Shown here one piece after another: positions 50,101 through 62,407 of a stretch of DNA of 64,000 bases. A program made the translations under genes and the position numbers. This DNA comes from Hypanus sabinus. Lineage: Eukaryota. The notes beneath the pieces are model-generated. The model was not told the DNA's origin. It made no database searches and was given only the letters and a program-made list of their open reading frames with translations. The DNA is taken from positions 22,506,001 to 22,570,000 of the forward strand of contig NC_082731.1 of the NCBI RefSeq assembly GCF_030144855.1, given 5' to 3'. Every line of letters starts with the position of its first letter. The stretch's first letter is position 1.

Positions 50101-50846
50101 CTGATCATTCTCATGAGGACACCAAACAATGACGAAGGACTTCTCTTATTCTTTCAAAAGTTTCATAGTGATCATTACTTATAGCTGCTCTGCAGCATCA
50201 AGGATTTCCTCAATCGTCAGAAGAGGACCCGCTTCCTCACTCTTTACTTACTTCGGTAATGTAATTTTCCCTCGATTTATCAGCATAATGTCATACTTTT
50301 GGAGAAGTTCGAGGAAAACCCCTAACTCGCGTTGTCGGACTTTGCGCTTCCTTAGCCCGGAGCTACTGGAATTGTCGCCTTATCTCTTGGGCCTAATTAC
50401 ATTTAAATTATAAAACTAAACTAAAATGGACCTTGACTTCAATGCAGACTCCCTGCGTGCTTCACTTATTTGCGCTTTCCAAGAGTACAGCTGGATTGCA
50501 GTCAAACCCATTTGTTATCAATAAGCAGTACATTCTCAAGACATTAAAAAAGTCCATCAGGACCAAAAGTCAATGAGGCTCTGGCCAATAACTCCGGTTG
50601 CGAGTTTCCTTACGGCCATGGACGTTACCTAACTTGAAGTTAATGTTAATCCAGAACTTTCCTGAATAACAGTAATTGTTACATTATTATTACTTAATCA
50701 TTACACTCACGCAACCATTGCATCAATTTTGCCCTGAAACCTCCCTGTTAATTAACCACATATTTGCAGAATGTTCGTTCCTCCAAGGCTCTGCGATTGT
50801 ACTTCCATGTCAGTGCCAGTTGTTTATTTTTGAAGCAAACTTCCAT

Positions 50847-51200
50847 TATTTTTGAAAGAGGATTCGGCTAGCTCCTATCCTTGTGACGATCCTTTCAACA
50901 GTACCGCACGGTGAGATCCATGCGAAGCGCCAGAGAGGTCAAGTAATACTAATTACCAATTGTTCCATTCGAACATTAAAATTTCCTTCAGTGAAAATCG
51001 GTATATTTTTATTTTTGACTTTGTATCGTTGAAAACCGGGAAACTGGCAGTCCACTTTTGCATTGGCAATAATAGAATAATCAAAAAGTAAAACTCTATT
51101 GCGCTGGTTACCCTGCACATTAACTGACGCGTGTAATATCTGTTCGAAATAACTTGGGGTTCTGCGGTCAAGAACTAGGAACTCCCAGATTGATGCATCG
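50847..51200 (-). pseudogene. Candidate decayed TRAV/DV-like relic with a 23-RSS
   Basis: Polypyrimidine tract at ~51215 and LLFDYS (compare LNCNYS). TGG-AC-TGC CAG TTT CCC GGT gives W(Y)xQFPG with a 1-nt loss. D-L-T-V-R-Y-C is followed by CACAAGG (50885-50879) - 23 nt - TCAAAAATA (50855-50847). Confidence 0.6.
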
Positions 51201-51899
51201 GTTAAACAAGCAGAAAAAAAAAACACGCACACACATACACATTCTTAGTCTGTATATTTCAAAATTGATGTCTGTGTAGTTTAGGGCGTGGAAAGTTAAA
51301 AGTAAAATGACATCATAGCTGAGAATCTGGTAGAATCATTGAATATCCCGAAGAACTATTTACATACATTTCTCAAGACTAATGATCAGTTTACTACTCA
51401 ACCCTTCTTCCACACATCATTTTCCTTTATATATCTTTATTTTCGACAATTATTCGGAAGCTCACATCCAAGTATTTAACATAATTAAATGCATGTTTCT
51501 CTTAAATTGTCTTCCAGTTATTTAACTATCACCCAACCATCGCTCTGCAAATAACACAGGGATGTGTATTTGGTTTGATGCCATGATGCCAGTTAACTAA
51601 TGGTTTTCATATTTACGCCTCACTGTCCTTTTATGAGAAATGTCCGATAATTTTGGAAATTTTCTAACGGTTATATTCTTCGCAGTTATGGTCATACAGT
51701 TGTTTAGCACATTTTACCATTTTCATTGTCCAAGAAAGGAGATGTTATCTGCATGGTGCACAACAGGGATTTGCAGAATGTTTCATTTTATTTTTGTCTT
51801 CTAAAGGATAATGGATGCCATTCGCAGCATAAAGCGTTCAATCACTCCAAACAGCCATCACAAGGCGTGTCTCATAGCACAGCAGACTACAACCTGGGG

Positions 51900-54800
51900 G
51901 TTTGGGGATAAAAAAAAAACACTTGCTGAAATGAGGCAACGACACATACTGCAGAACAATTTATTGTTCTCTCCAATATTTATATTGAGCTTCATACACA
52001 CAAATATAGAATGCATAAGGATAGTTATTATGAATTAAATTAAGATTGCACAAAATGCACTGTATATATATCACACTAATATGATCAATCAAATAAAATA
52101 AATGAATGATGAAATGCAATTGTACTGTTAATTATGTTATGAAGTAATGAATGCCCCCGACCAAGACAAATCTGGTTCGTAAATAAAAGAGAAAAAAAGA
52201 GTACTTTACCTTATGGTGTTTTAAAAATAGCCCAGATCTATATTTCATCAAAATGTCAAAGATTTTAAAAATAGTTTAGAAACGGTCCCCATAATGATTG
52301 AAAATCATGGTTATAATCAGAAATCGAACAACGAATATTCTTCGGATTTAATCATAACATAACATTACATATCTATTGAGCATGTGTGCGTGTGCGAGGG
52401 GTGGGGGGGGGGGGGGTGGCAAGGTCCTTCAATTTAAGCAAGATCGCCCTCCTGGCCTTTAGAGAAATAAAACCCAGGGCCTGGGAAAGAAAAGGCTCGA
52501 ATATTGCTCTTTCTTCAGCAATACCAAATAAAACCCAGGGCCTGGGAAAGAAAAGGCTCGAATATTGCTCTTTCTTCAGCAATACCAAATAAAGCAGTCA
52601 AAGGATTAGGCTTAAAACTAACTAAAAAAAAAAGCTACGGAAAAAAGTTTGGAATACATCTTTCCAATATATTTCAAGGCTAGAAAAAGACCGAAGCATA
52701 CGAATGAATGAACCCTCTCCATCAAAACATCTGTCACAGTGAGGAGATATATCTGCAATATAATGAGAGAGCTTGTCTTTGGACATATGGGCCATATGTG
52801 CTATTTTAACCTGTAGAAGGGAATGACCAGCACCTAATGATGAAGAAATAACTATTTTGGAAATAACTCTCCGGGTGTCATCAGATAATGAATGTTGTAG
52901 ATCTTATTCCCAATCTTTTTCTTTACGTTTTTTTTCTAAAGGTGCCATTTTGAATCTTGACAAGAAACCATAAATATAAGATATTGAGCCATTTACAAAA
53001 GGTTACAATTTAAATCCACATCCATTATGTTCTTATCCGGACGAGTAGGAAATATATGTAGCTTATATAATAAAAAAAGCCTCTAATCTGTAGATATCGA
53101 AAAAACATAATTCACTGAAAGCTGCTCTAAAGAAGAAAGATTCCCTTCAACAAATAGATCCTGAAATTATGTAATGCCTAAACTATGTCATTCTCTAAAG
53201 AAAATAATAACAGTTCAGTCATAGATGGTTTTTAAAATAGGAGAACATTGGACTGGAAAGACAGAATCTCAATAACCCGAATTGATTTCTGATCTGCAGC
53301 CAGAACTTCAAAATGTGTTTAACCACCAAACTGTCAATTAATATATTTAAAGATAAAGGAGGAGAAATATCAGAAAATTTCGTATAAGAATTTGTTTCCA
53401 GAAAGACCCATATTGGATAATCCTCACCATTAATATAAAATAACCTGACCGGAAGGTTTCGTATGTTAATTGCCAGACAACATAACCTAAAATTAGGTAA
53501 AGGAAAACCACCATTCGTTTTGCTGTATTGAAGGTGGCTTTTATTAAATATGGTTTCCTGTTCTATATATAGGAAGAAAAAGTCGAATGTAGAGAATCAA
53601 AAATAAAAGAAAAGATTAAGAACAGCTACAGGTTGAAGAGGTATACAAATTTAGGTAAGATATACATTTTGTTTGAATTAATTTTACCAATTAATGATCA
53701 AGAGAGAGGCCACCAATTAGAATGTGCCTTTTTTACATAATTCATTAACGTTAACCATTCTTTGAATAGATTTTTGTAATTATTTGTGATCGTTACGCCC
53801 AAGTATTTAAATTGTTTTCTCACAATTTTAAAAGAAGGTCAGTATCAAATTGTTTAAAGGAAGCAATCCAATCTTATTTAAATTCCATTTAAATCCTGAG
53901 AACTGAGTAAAATGAGTCAGTAAATGAACCATAGAGGGTAAGGAAGTAGCAACATTAGATATGAAAAGCAATAGTTCATCTGCATAAAGCAAAGCTTTAT
54001 GAATTCTACCTTAAGATAACATTGATTTCTTAAGACTCTCCAAAAGCAATTGCTAAAGTTTCTAATACCAAAAGAAAAAGCAAATGACTCAGCGGGCATC
54101 TTTGTCTGCTTACACGTTGGAGTTTAATTGGTTAAGACATCTGAAAATTAGTAAGGACACAAGCAGGGGGAGATAAATGAAGTAATGTAATCCAGAGGAT
54201 AAAATTGGGCTCAAAATGATTTTTTTCCTAAAATTTAAATAGTTAATTCCATTCGACTCGTTCAAAAGCTTTCTCTACAGCTATTGAAATCATATATTCC
54301 GATGCTTGCTTGAATGGAGAATGGGTATCATTTAACAGTCGCCGCGTATTAAAATGTGAACATCTTTTTTTTTTTTAAATTCCGTCTGATCATCAGATAT
54401 TGTAGTAGGTATTTCATTTTCGAGTCTAAGGGTCAAAACTTTAGATAGGATATTAGCATCAACATTGAGCAAAGTGATTGGTCTATATGAGCAGCATTCA
54501 GCGTTTTGTTTAAGAATAAGCGAAATGGAAGCTTCACAAAACGACTGTTCCAGTCTACTGACTTTGAAGGACTTAGTAAGGGTAGAAAATGACTAAGGTA
54601 TAAGAAATGAGGACAATTCCTTCTAAAATTCTCCTCTGAATCCGTTGGGTCCTGGAGATTTCCCAAAATACAATGGATGTATAGCCTCCGTGATTGCTTC
54701 CTGAGAAATAGGTTGATCCAACTGCTTTCGATTGTCAACTGACAGTCCAGGACTATTCAAATTATCTAAAATGTTCATTGCAGTATTATCTTTAGCACAA

Positions 54801-57400
54801 TCAGAACTATAAAAATAGACTAAAATTATCTATGTGTAATTTAGTTCAAAATTGTCTGTTCTCTTATCTCCATTGGTTTTACAAATATTTTTAATTTGCC
54901 GTTCAGCTGTAAAGGTTTTCAATTGATTAACCAACAGCCTTAACAGTTTTTGTCCATGTGTATAGAATTGGCTTCTATCCTTTTAAAGTTGGATTCCAGC
55001 TGGATATGTTATAAGAGGATTTTAATTCATTTTAATTTCAGTAAGTCTTTTGTGTAGTACAGGGTCTAGTGTCAAAGTATATTTATGGTATAACTGCTTA
55101 AAATTGATTATCTTACCCAGTTCTCTCTTTATTAACATTTTTTTCTTAATATATACAGTATAAGAGACAACGAGTCCCCTGATATAAGCCGTAAATGCGT
55201 CCCAAATGATAAGAGTAAAAAGTCTCTTCTAACGCATTTTATTTAAAAAAAATTGAATCTTCTGAAATTTTAAGAAGTACTTTTCAGATAATATATTGAA
55301 ATGTATACGCAAGGATCTGTTCATATGAATGAAACCAGGAGACTTAAAGATAGAAATAAAAGTGTGTGGCCGGACACAGCAAATTTTTTTCTTCAATGGA
55401 TCGAACTAATGGAATTAGTTGACTATCAATATAGAAATAATCAATTCCTGTTTTTGGAATGATGAACATGACAGAAAAATGAATTCTCCCGATCTGCCAT
55501 GTGAATAAAACGCTGGATACCAACAATATCACATTTCGTTAGAAAGGATTGTATAAATAAAGCTCATTCATTAGCTCATTCATTCATTGAGGAGAAGAAC
55601 GATCTAATACTGGGTCCAGACAACAACTAAAATCTCTTCCGGTCATTAAACAGCAAACACTGAAATCTGGAAAGAATGAAAAGAAACGCTCAAATATATT
55701 GCTTCATCCCCGTTGGGGCGTACAAATTAGCAAATACGATTAATTTAATCTCTATATTCCCTGATGCTATGGCAATCGCCCATTAGGGTCAGCAAAAACT
55801 TGATGTTGAAAAAAAGAAATTGTATTCTCTATAAAAATCGAGACCTCTGGAGATTTTGCTCTAAATGAAGAATGAAATTGTACATCCCCCCACCCTAGTA
55901 AAAAGGAATGCATTATCACAGCTACGTACATGATTTTATTGTAGAAAAATAATAGGGATCCATAACTATTTAATATCAGCAAAAAACTTATTCTGCTTCA
56001 CAGGAAGTTTTAAACCTTTCACATTAAAACGTAGGAAACTAATATTGCATTCCTAATTTAAATTGCAAATAACAGAATGTTAAGATATCTGAGCAGAAAT
56101 AATTAAATCCAAAAGACAGACCATAAAGTAATGAACTCAAGCAGAAGAATTGGATGGTAGCCCAACCCAGCTCCCAGAAAAAAAAACCCTCCCACATCCC
56201 CTTCCCAAAGCTGAAAAATAAGCCGGCAAATGGACAGCCAGCATGCTAACTCTGAAGACAACCCTCCGCAGGGAATGATTCTGGGAAAACCCCAAAAATA
56301 ACCAAGGTTATTATGTTGCTACCCAGAGAAAACATAGAAAGATGTTTGATAGGAAATCCCAAACATAAGATGATTTATTTATATGAACTTCACAATGAAG
56401 ATTTAAACAGTGAAACATATCAAAGAAAATAGAAAAAGAAACAAGATACATAAGCGGTCAAAACGTAAGTTTAATAAAACGTTATTCTGTTCAACATTTA
56501 ACACATAATTGCTCTTGTAAGAGATATAAGGGAATTAATCTTCTGCTTCCAAAAAAAAAAATAGTCTGTTATTTCTGAAACGTTCCCCGCCGTTTCTGCT
56601 CAACAATTTATAAAGCGATTTTAAGACTTGCGTGGTAACAAAGGGAGGGCTTAACCACCTTCCCTATAGAGCAGCGAAATGACCTCTTTATGCTTAACAC
56701 GTTCAGTCATAACGTCCGTTGTATAATGTTCCACCAATCTAATTATCTTCCTGTTGAAATCAATCATTTCAACTCTACGGGTATGCAGGGATTATGCCGG
56801 ATTAAAAGTGATGTTCAAGAAAACCTAAAATGACCGACCCGGGTTGCTCTACTGCCTTTGGTTTTGGAAGCAGTGATCGATGGGCTCAGACCAACTTACG
56901 AACGGACGGCAATAATCAGGGAATAGCTGCTTCAAAACACTTGCATGGAACTCCGTGGTGTGGACACACTCAATTGATTTTCCAAAACATAGATTGTTCT
57001 TTCTGCTTCTGCTTTCCATGTTTGTAATTTTCTTTGTTTTTTTTTCTTGAGCTAATGATTTTTTGTAAAGCTTTCTTATGCCTTCTAAGTCAGCTTCCAA
57101 CAAGGACAAAGCTTTTTGATTCCATTTAATTCGCTTTTCATGTTCGAATAATGTTTGTTGAACCAACTTAACATCAACACGTTGAAATTCTTCAGAGATT
57201 TCTGTTATTTCTTTTTTAAGGAATTCTCCAATTGATTCTAAAGCAGTTTGAGAATCTCCTCATTCTCTTTCTATTTTTCAGAACGCTTACTCTTTCTCAA
57301 ATACTTATTAGAGCAACATTAAGCTTCATAATAAGGTTTCAAAAAATGGCATGAAATAAAATGATAGGTAACGAAGAAGCAAATTTTAAATGATGTTACC
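51900..57400 (-). mobile_element. Near-full-length decayed L1 LINE
   Basis: ORF1 piece 56849-57166 is a coiled coil plus MESRSRKNNL. Endonuclease: FHSSFRAKS..VSIFI...ADPNGR (55767-55982) and GIDYF. RT-region fragments lie at 53917-54738. Many stops and frameshifts. Confidence 0.85.
52465..52586. repeat. Perfect 61-bp tandem duplication inside the L1
   Basis: 52465-52525 and 52526-52586 are identical, with a further 7-bp partial copy. Confidence 0.95.
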
Positions 57401-58849
57401 CCATCGGCTGCCAGCAGGGTTCAGAAATGTATTGTTCAAGGATATATAAGTCAGCATACTAAAACCTGATGTCATTTTTTTCAAGCGAGCGGACACAGTA
57501 AATATTTCGGTGACAGAACTGATTGAAGATTAGTGAAGTTACAACTTCTCGCTCAAGACACTTATCGTTTAAAATAATAAGTTTCCCTGTCCTGGTGGTG
57601 TGTCTTTTTTATGCTTTGTTAAATTCTTTTGGATATTAGTCAGGAGAGGAGCATGACTTGGAGCTGGGTGCCCTTGATATCGATTTTGCTGTCCTGAGAC
57701 AGCGGTCATTGTAATTTGCTCATTGGTGGGATAGGTTTATCAGCAATGGACAGGACCATATCCATGACTTTTTTTTGGGAGATTTTATGTTGAGCGACAT
57801 TCGTTTTTTCATGCCAGAACTTACTGCAAGCAGTTAATGTATTCGCCAACATATTTGTTTTCCAACATGTCTTTTTTTTTAGATTTCATGAGTATGGAGA
57901 TCTCAAAGGGACTAAAGAGGCGTTTTCATATCCAGAAAGAGCAGCATATTCAGCAACATTGGTAACAAAGTCCAGAATTATGTATTCAACACATGGAAAC
58001 ACTTGCTAATCAGTTCATTATTAATACATTCACTACAGTTCTGTGAGATAGTGCAATCTCTCTGCCCAGACTGTGCACGAAATGATTCAGTCCATATTTG
58101 CAGCAACTGATTGCACAATAATAAAAAAAGAAACACAACTGTATGCAGGTCATTGTGTCATAGGTACAGAGAAAAGGCAGCACATGTCGATAATTAAGGC
58201 ACTCTAAACATTTCGAGGTAAATGGAGCATCGCAGACTGTGATTCAACTGCGTTTTCTCAATGGATTAACAACTGCGAGTTTAGGGAGAGTGAGGGAACC
58301 ACAGAAAGTAATGGATTTTGTGTTACCTTTTTAGGTGAATTCCCAAAGGGAAACAAACATTTATATCGCATTCTTGAGGTTTAGGGTGGCAATAAAAACC
58401 ATTAGTATCTCCACAACATGGCAGTAATTCTCATAGAGCTAAGGCACACTGTTTCTGCATCCACGAACGCTTGCAGCACTAATCTCAGCTATACGCTGAA
58501 CATCAATATGCCATGCACGGTCAGGCATGCTGTCTTCGTTCCATTCAATTACACATTTGTTGTCGCCTGGAAACATTCCTCCCGTTGCTCAAAAATGAAG
58601 CTGTTTTACACTTTCTCGTTGGAGAGTTTTCAAAGTATATAGCCTCTTGTTATTGGTTGAATCATTTTAGTAGTCGGTGAAGTGCATGGATTTTTCTTCT
58701 GCTTAGGTTTTGCGATATTGCAGACCTAGATATTCAGGCATCTTATCATAAAAAGTAGCATATCGCACTGCCTACCATCCTCTGATCACTAGACAGTAAA
58801 TAAATAAATCCCCATAAAAGAAAATGAAAGCGAAAATGTTGTATTGAGG

Positions 58850-59745
58850 CAAAACACACAAAATGCTGGTGGAACGCAGCAGGCCAGGTAGCATTTATAG
58901 GGAAAAAAAAAGTACAGTCGACGTTTCACGCCATGATTCTTCATCAGGACGAACCGAAAGACAAGATAGTAAGAGATCTGAAAGTAGGACGGCGAGTGGG
59001 AAATCCGAAATAATAGAAGAAGACTGGAGAGGGAGGAATAAAGCTAAGAACTGGAATGGTGATTGACAATAGGGTTACAGAGTTGGAGAAGGAAAAGGAT
59101 CATGTGACGGGAGGCCTAAGGTGAAAGAAAGGGGGAGGGGAGCACCAGAGGGAGATGTTGAACTGGCAAGATTGTCAGAGGGGCAGAAAGAGAGAAAAAA
59201 GCAGGGGAATAAATAAATTAATTAATAAGGGATGGGCTAAGAATGGGGGAGGTGTATTAACGGAAGTTAGAAAAATCAATGTTCATGCCATCAGGTTGGA
59301 GGCTAATCAGACGGAAGAAAGGTGTTGTTCTTCCAACCTGAGTGTGGCTTCATCTTGACAGTAGTGGAGGCCATGGATATACATATCCGAATGGGAATGG
59401 GACATGGAATTATATTGTGTGGCCACTGGAAGATCCTGCTTTCTCTGGTGGACAGAGCGTATGTGTTCAGCGAAACGGTCTCCCAGACTACGTCTGGTTT
59501 CACCAATATATAGCAATCCGCACTGGGAGCACCGGACGCAGCATACCACACCAGCCAACTCATGTGTGAAATGTCGCCTCGCGTAGAAGGACTGCCTGGG
59601 ACCATGAATTTTGGTGAGGGATGCAGGGTAAGGGCAGTTGTCGCTCTTTTCCACTTACAAGAATGTGCCAGGAGGTAGATCGGTGCGAAGGGATGGGGGG
59701 TGGTGGTGGGTGGGGTTCGAATGGACAGGGGATTCCCATTCAATA
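58850..59745 (-). mobile_element. Penelope-like retroelement 3' portion with a GIY-YIG endonuclease
   Basis: ORF 59307-59654 (-) reads VVCCVRCSQCGLLYIGETRRSLGDRFAEHIRSV...LRLEEQHL. The terminal repeat carries a hammerhead core at 58917-58947. Confidence 0.92.
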
Positions 59746-59799
59746 CAGCGAAAGCATTCTCGAAATTTCCCCATCCTGGAATCGAGCACTAAACTATTG

Positions 59800-61260
59800 C
59801 CCATTTGTCATGTATTTTCTATCTGTCGTTATTTGTGAACCACATCTATGCTATCGTCTGTATAACACTTGTTAAGGCTTGTGTTTCGTTTTCTCTTTTT
59901 TCTTTTATTTTAACTTTGCAATTCCTTGGCTCTATTCGCAATGATTCAACACCTTCCGTCCCGTTCTACCTTTCTGGAACTAATTCATTTCGTTTATTTT
60001 ACCAACAGAGTAATGCGAACCCTTATGTTTTCTGGCCTGTCCTTTCGATACAATTCTACCCACGGTCAATAAGCTCCCAGATATAAACATCTCTCAGCCC
60101 TGACTTAACTTGTTGCGTTCCTTATTCTATATATTGTGCGAACTCAAATTGATCAATTTGAGCCCATGATTCATATCCTTTTTTAAAGCTTGTACTCTTT
60201 TTCCATTGCAACTCATCCTGTTGATTACATTTTGCCCCATCATTAGACTGTTCTTGCTTCGCGTCCCTATACTTACTGACTTGGGTGGCAAACCAATTCA
60301 CTGTCATTCAGCAATATCACCCAGGCTCACAATCTGCTCGTAAGATAGTTTTATTCCACATTCCCGCAATGATATTGCATCGCCGAAGCTTCAATGGAAT
60401 CCGCCTGATTTTAACAGGCCATACTTTTCACAGGAGATCCCAATGATCAATAATTCGCAACACGTTACCCTGCATTAGTTCATCAGCCACGTATTCATCT
60501 AATGAATCATTCTGTATCTACCCTCACTGTCAGATGGCAGAAGGAGCAATCCAGTGTTCCTGTTTCGCAGATTTCTACGATTCTCGTTAAAATCCTTCTT
60601 CATTGATTCCTCATATGTTCAGCCGATGTTATTGACGCCAATTTTCACAAAGACGTCTGGCTGCTCACCTTGGACATTCAAAATATTATGGACCCCAAGT
60701 GTGTCTTCGCCAATCCCGATAACAGTAGGGCAGCATACGATCCCGATGGCTCGATAGCGCCTACGGAACCACGACAGCGTTCCTGTGAACACTGTTCTTG
60801 TCAAAACTGTTGTCCCCTTCATCTCTCAGCACTTCTGAGCCACGGCACCCTGTTATAATGGCTATTTCCTGATAATTATGCCCACTAAATTGTAGCTAAT
60901 GTTTATTATGGACAGCAAAGGCTAGAAGTGTACTTTGCTCTGAATATCAATTTCCCCTCCTTTTCTTCAGTCAATCACTTAACATTTTCCTAGCTGTCAA
61001 TCATCTCCTCATTCGAAAATTATCGCCCTGAAGCTCCAGTTCAATAACTCATTCTCTCAGGAGTTGCAACTTGGTGCACAACGTGCCAATATATGTATCT
61101 GTCAAAACGGCGGACACGAGACCTGCCACATCCAAGACAAGAGTATAGAGTCATTTTCGCTAATCTTCTATGTCCCAACGGATGTCAAATGAACAGATAA
61201 CAATCTAGTGAGTAAAACAGTAGACATTGTCCCTCACTCAATCCTGATCTCGCCGAGTCC
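59800..61260 (-). mobile_element. Decayed CR1 ORF1 region, paralogous to 37400-38900
   Basis: ORF 60619-60822 contains VLNVQGEQPDVFVKIGVNNIG-like sequence (esterase-like ORF1). GAKCNQQDELQ is shared with 37748-38005. Confidence 0.7.
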
Positions 61261-62407
61261 TGAAAGGCCAAAATGCCACTCTACGCATGGAACATTTAAA
61301 ATAAATGCCGTTCACAGTGGGGGTGTTACACATGCATTTGAGTTATTATTAGTTGCATTCTTATAAATTTCTCTTTCTGATCACTCCTGAAAATTGGTGA
61401 AAATGTGTCTCAAAGTTCTGCCTTCGAACTGTTCCGTGTTTAACAAGCAAAACAAAAAGGCGCTATTTCCACGTACCCATGTTGTGCATTGGAAATGACA
61501 TAGTTTTTAATGTAATCTGTTAGCTCACGTGGAAGGACGAATTTGTGCCCTACGAAGTGGTGACGGAGGCGTTAGATGTGTAGCTGTTAAATTTTGTAAC
61601 TCTTGCATTAATGCTAGGAGATAATTTGGGAGGGGCAAATGGTCAGAGATTCTTGTGGAAAGCGTATGGAAAGCGGAGAGTGTGGGGAGAGCGACATCAA
61701 ATTATGTTAGGGCATTTGATATTCGGATTCCTTGCAGATTATGAATGTTACAGTAATATATCACTGTATTATAGCAATGGTGCTTCGTCGCTAGCAGCAC
61801 TGCAATTAAGTTATTGAAATACTATATAATGAATTGTATTTTATGCAAATCCGGAACATGTTCGTGGAATTATAATTGAAATTATTTCCTGTACGTTGCG
61901 CAAACAAAATATTTACACGATAATTCGGTAGATAAGACAGTAATAGACGAATTACTGATTCCATTGCATGCCTGCTGAAGAAAAAGATGACATTTTTTCT
62001 AGTGCAATAGAGCTGGTGTAATTTACTTCATACTTATAAAATATGTTCAGCTTAATTGTCATGCAATTGGAATTAGTTGACTGACTTTATTCTTCATCTA
62101 AATTCACTACTTATGAGCATGACCTCATCGCGACTCATTCACAACTAATATTCATTTTAATGCAGTCTTGGAAACTGTTCTTTCGTGAATGTTTTGCTAT
62201 TTCAGTGCATTAAGTAAACAGAGATTACATGTGGTCTATCAGATCGACTGTGATTTTCGTCCAGAATCAATAAAAGGACAAGCTGAAATAGATAGATTGA
62301 AGTTCAGAGAGATGATTGTGAGGCACGGACGGCGGTGCAGGGTGGATAGTCAAACGACAGATACCTGTGAGAAGTCACCTTTCCTTAGTTTAGCAATCTG
62401 CCCTGTA

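Noticed and set aside
61843-61850. Isolated ATGCAAAT octamer
   Set aside because: No leader or V exon downstream. A single 8-mer in AT-rich DNA is uninformative.
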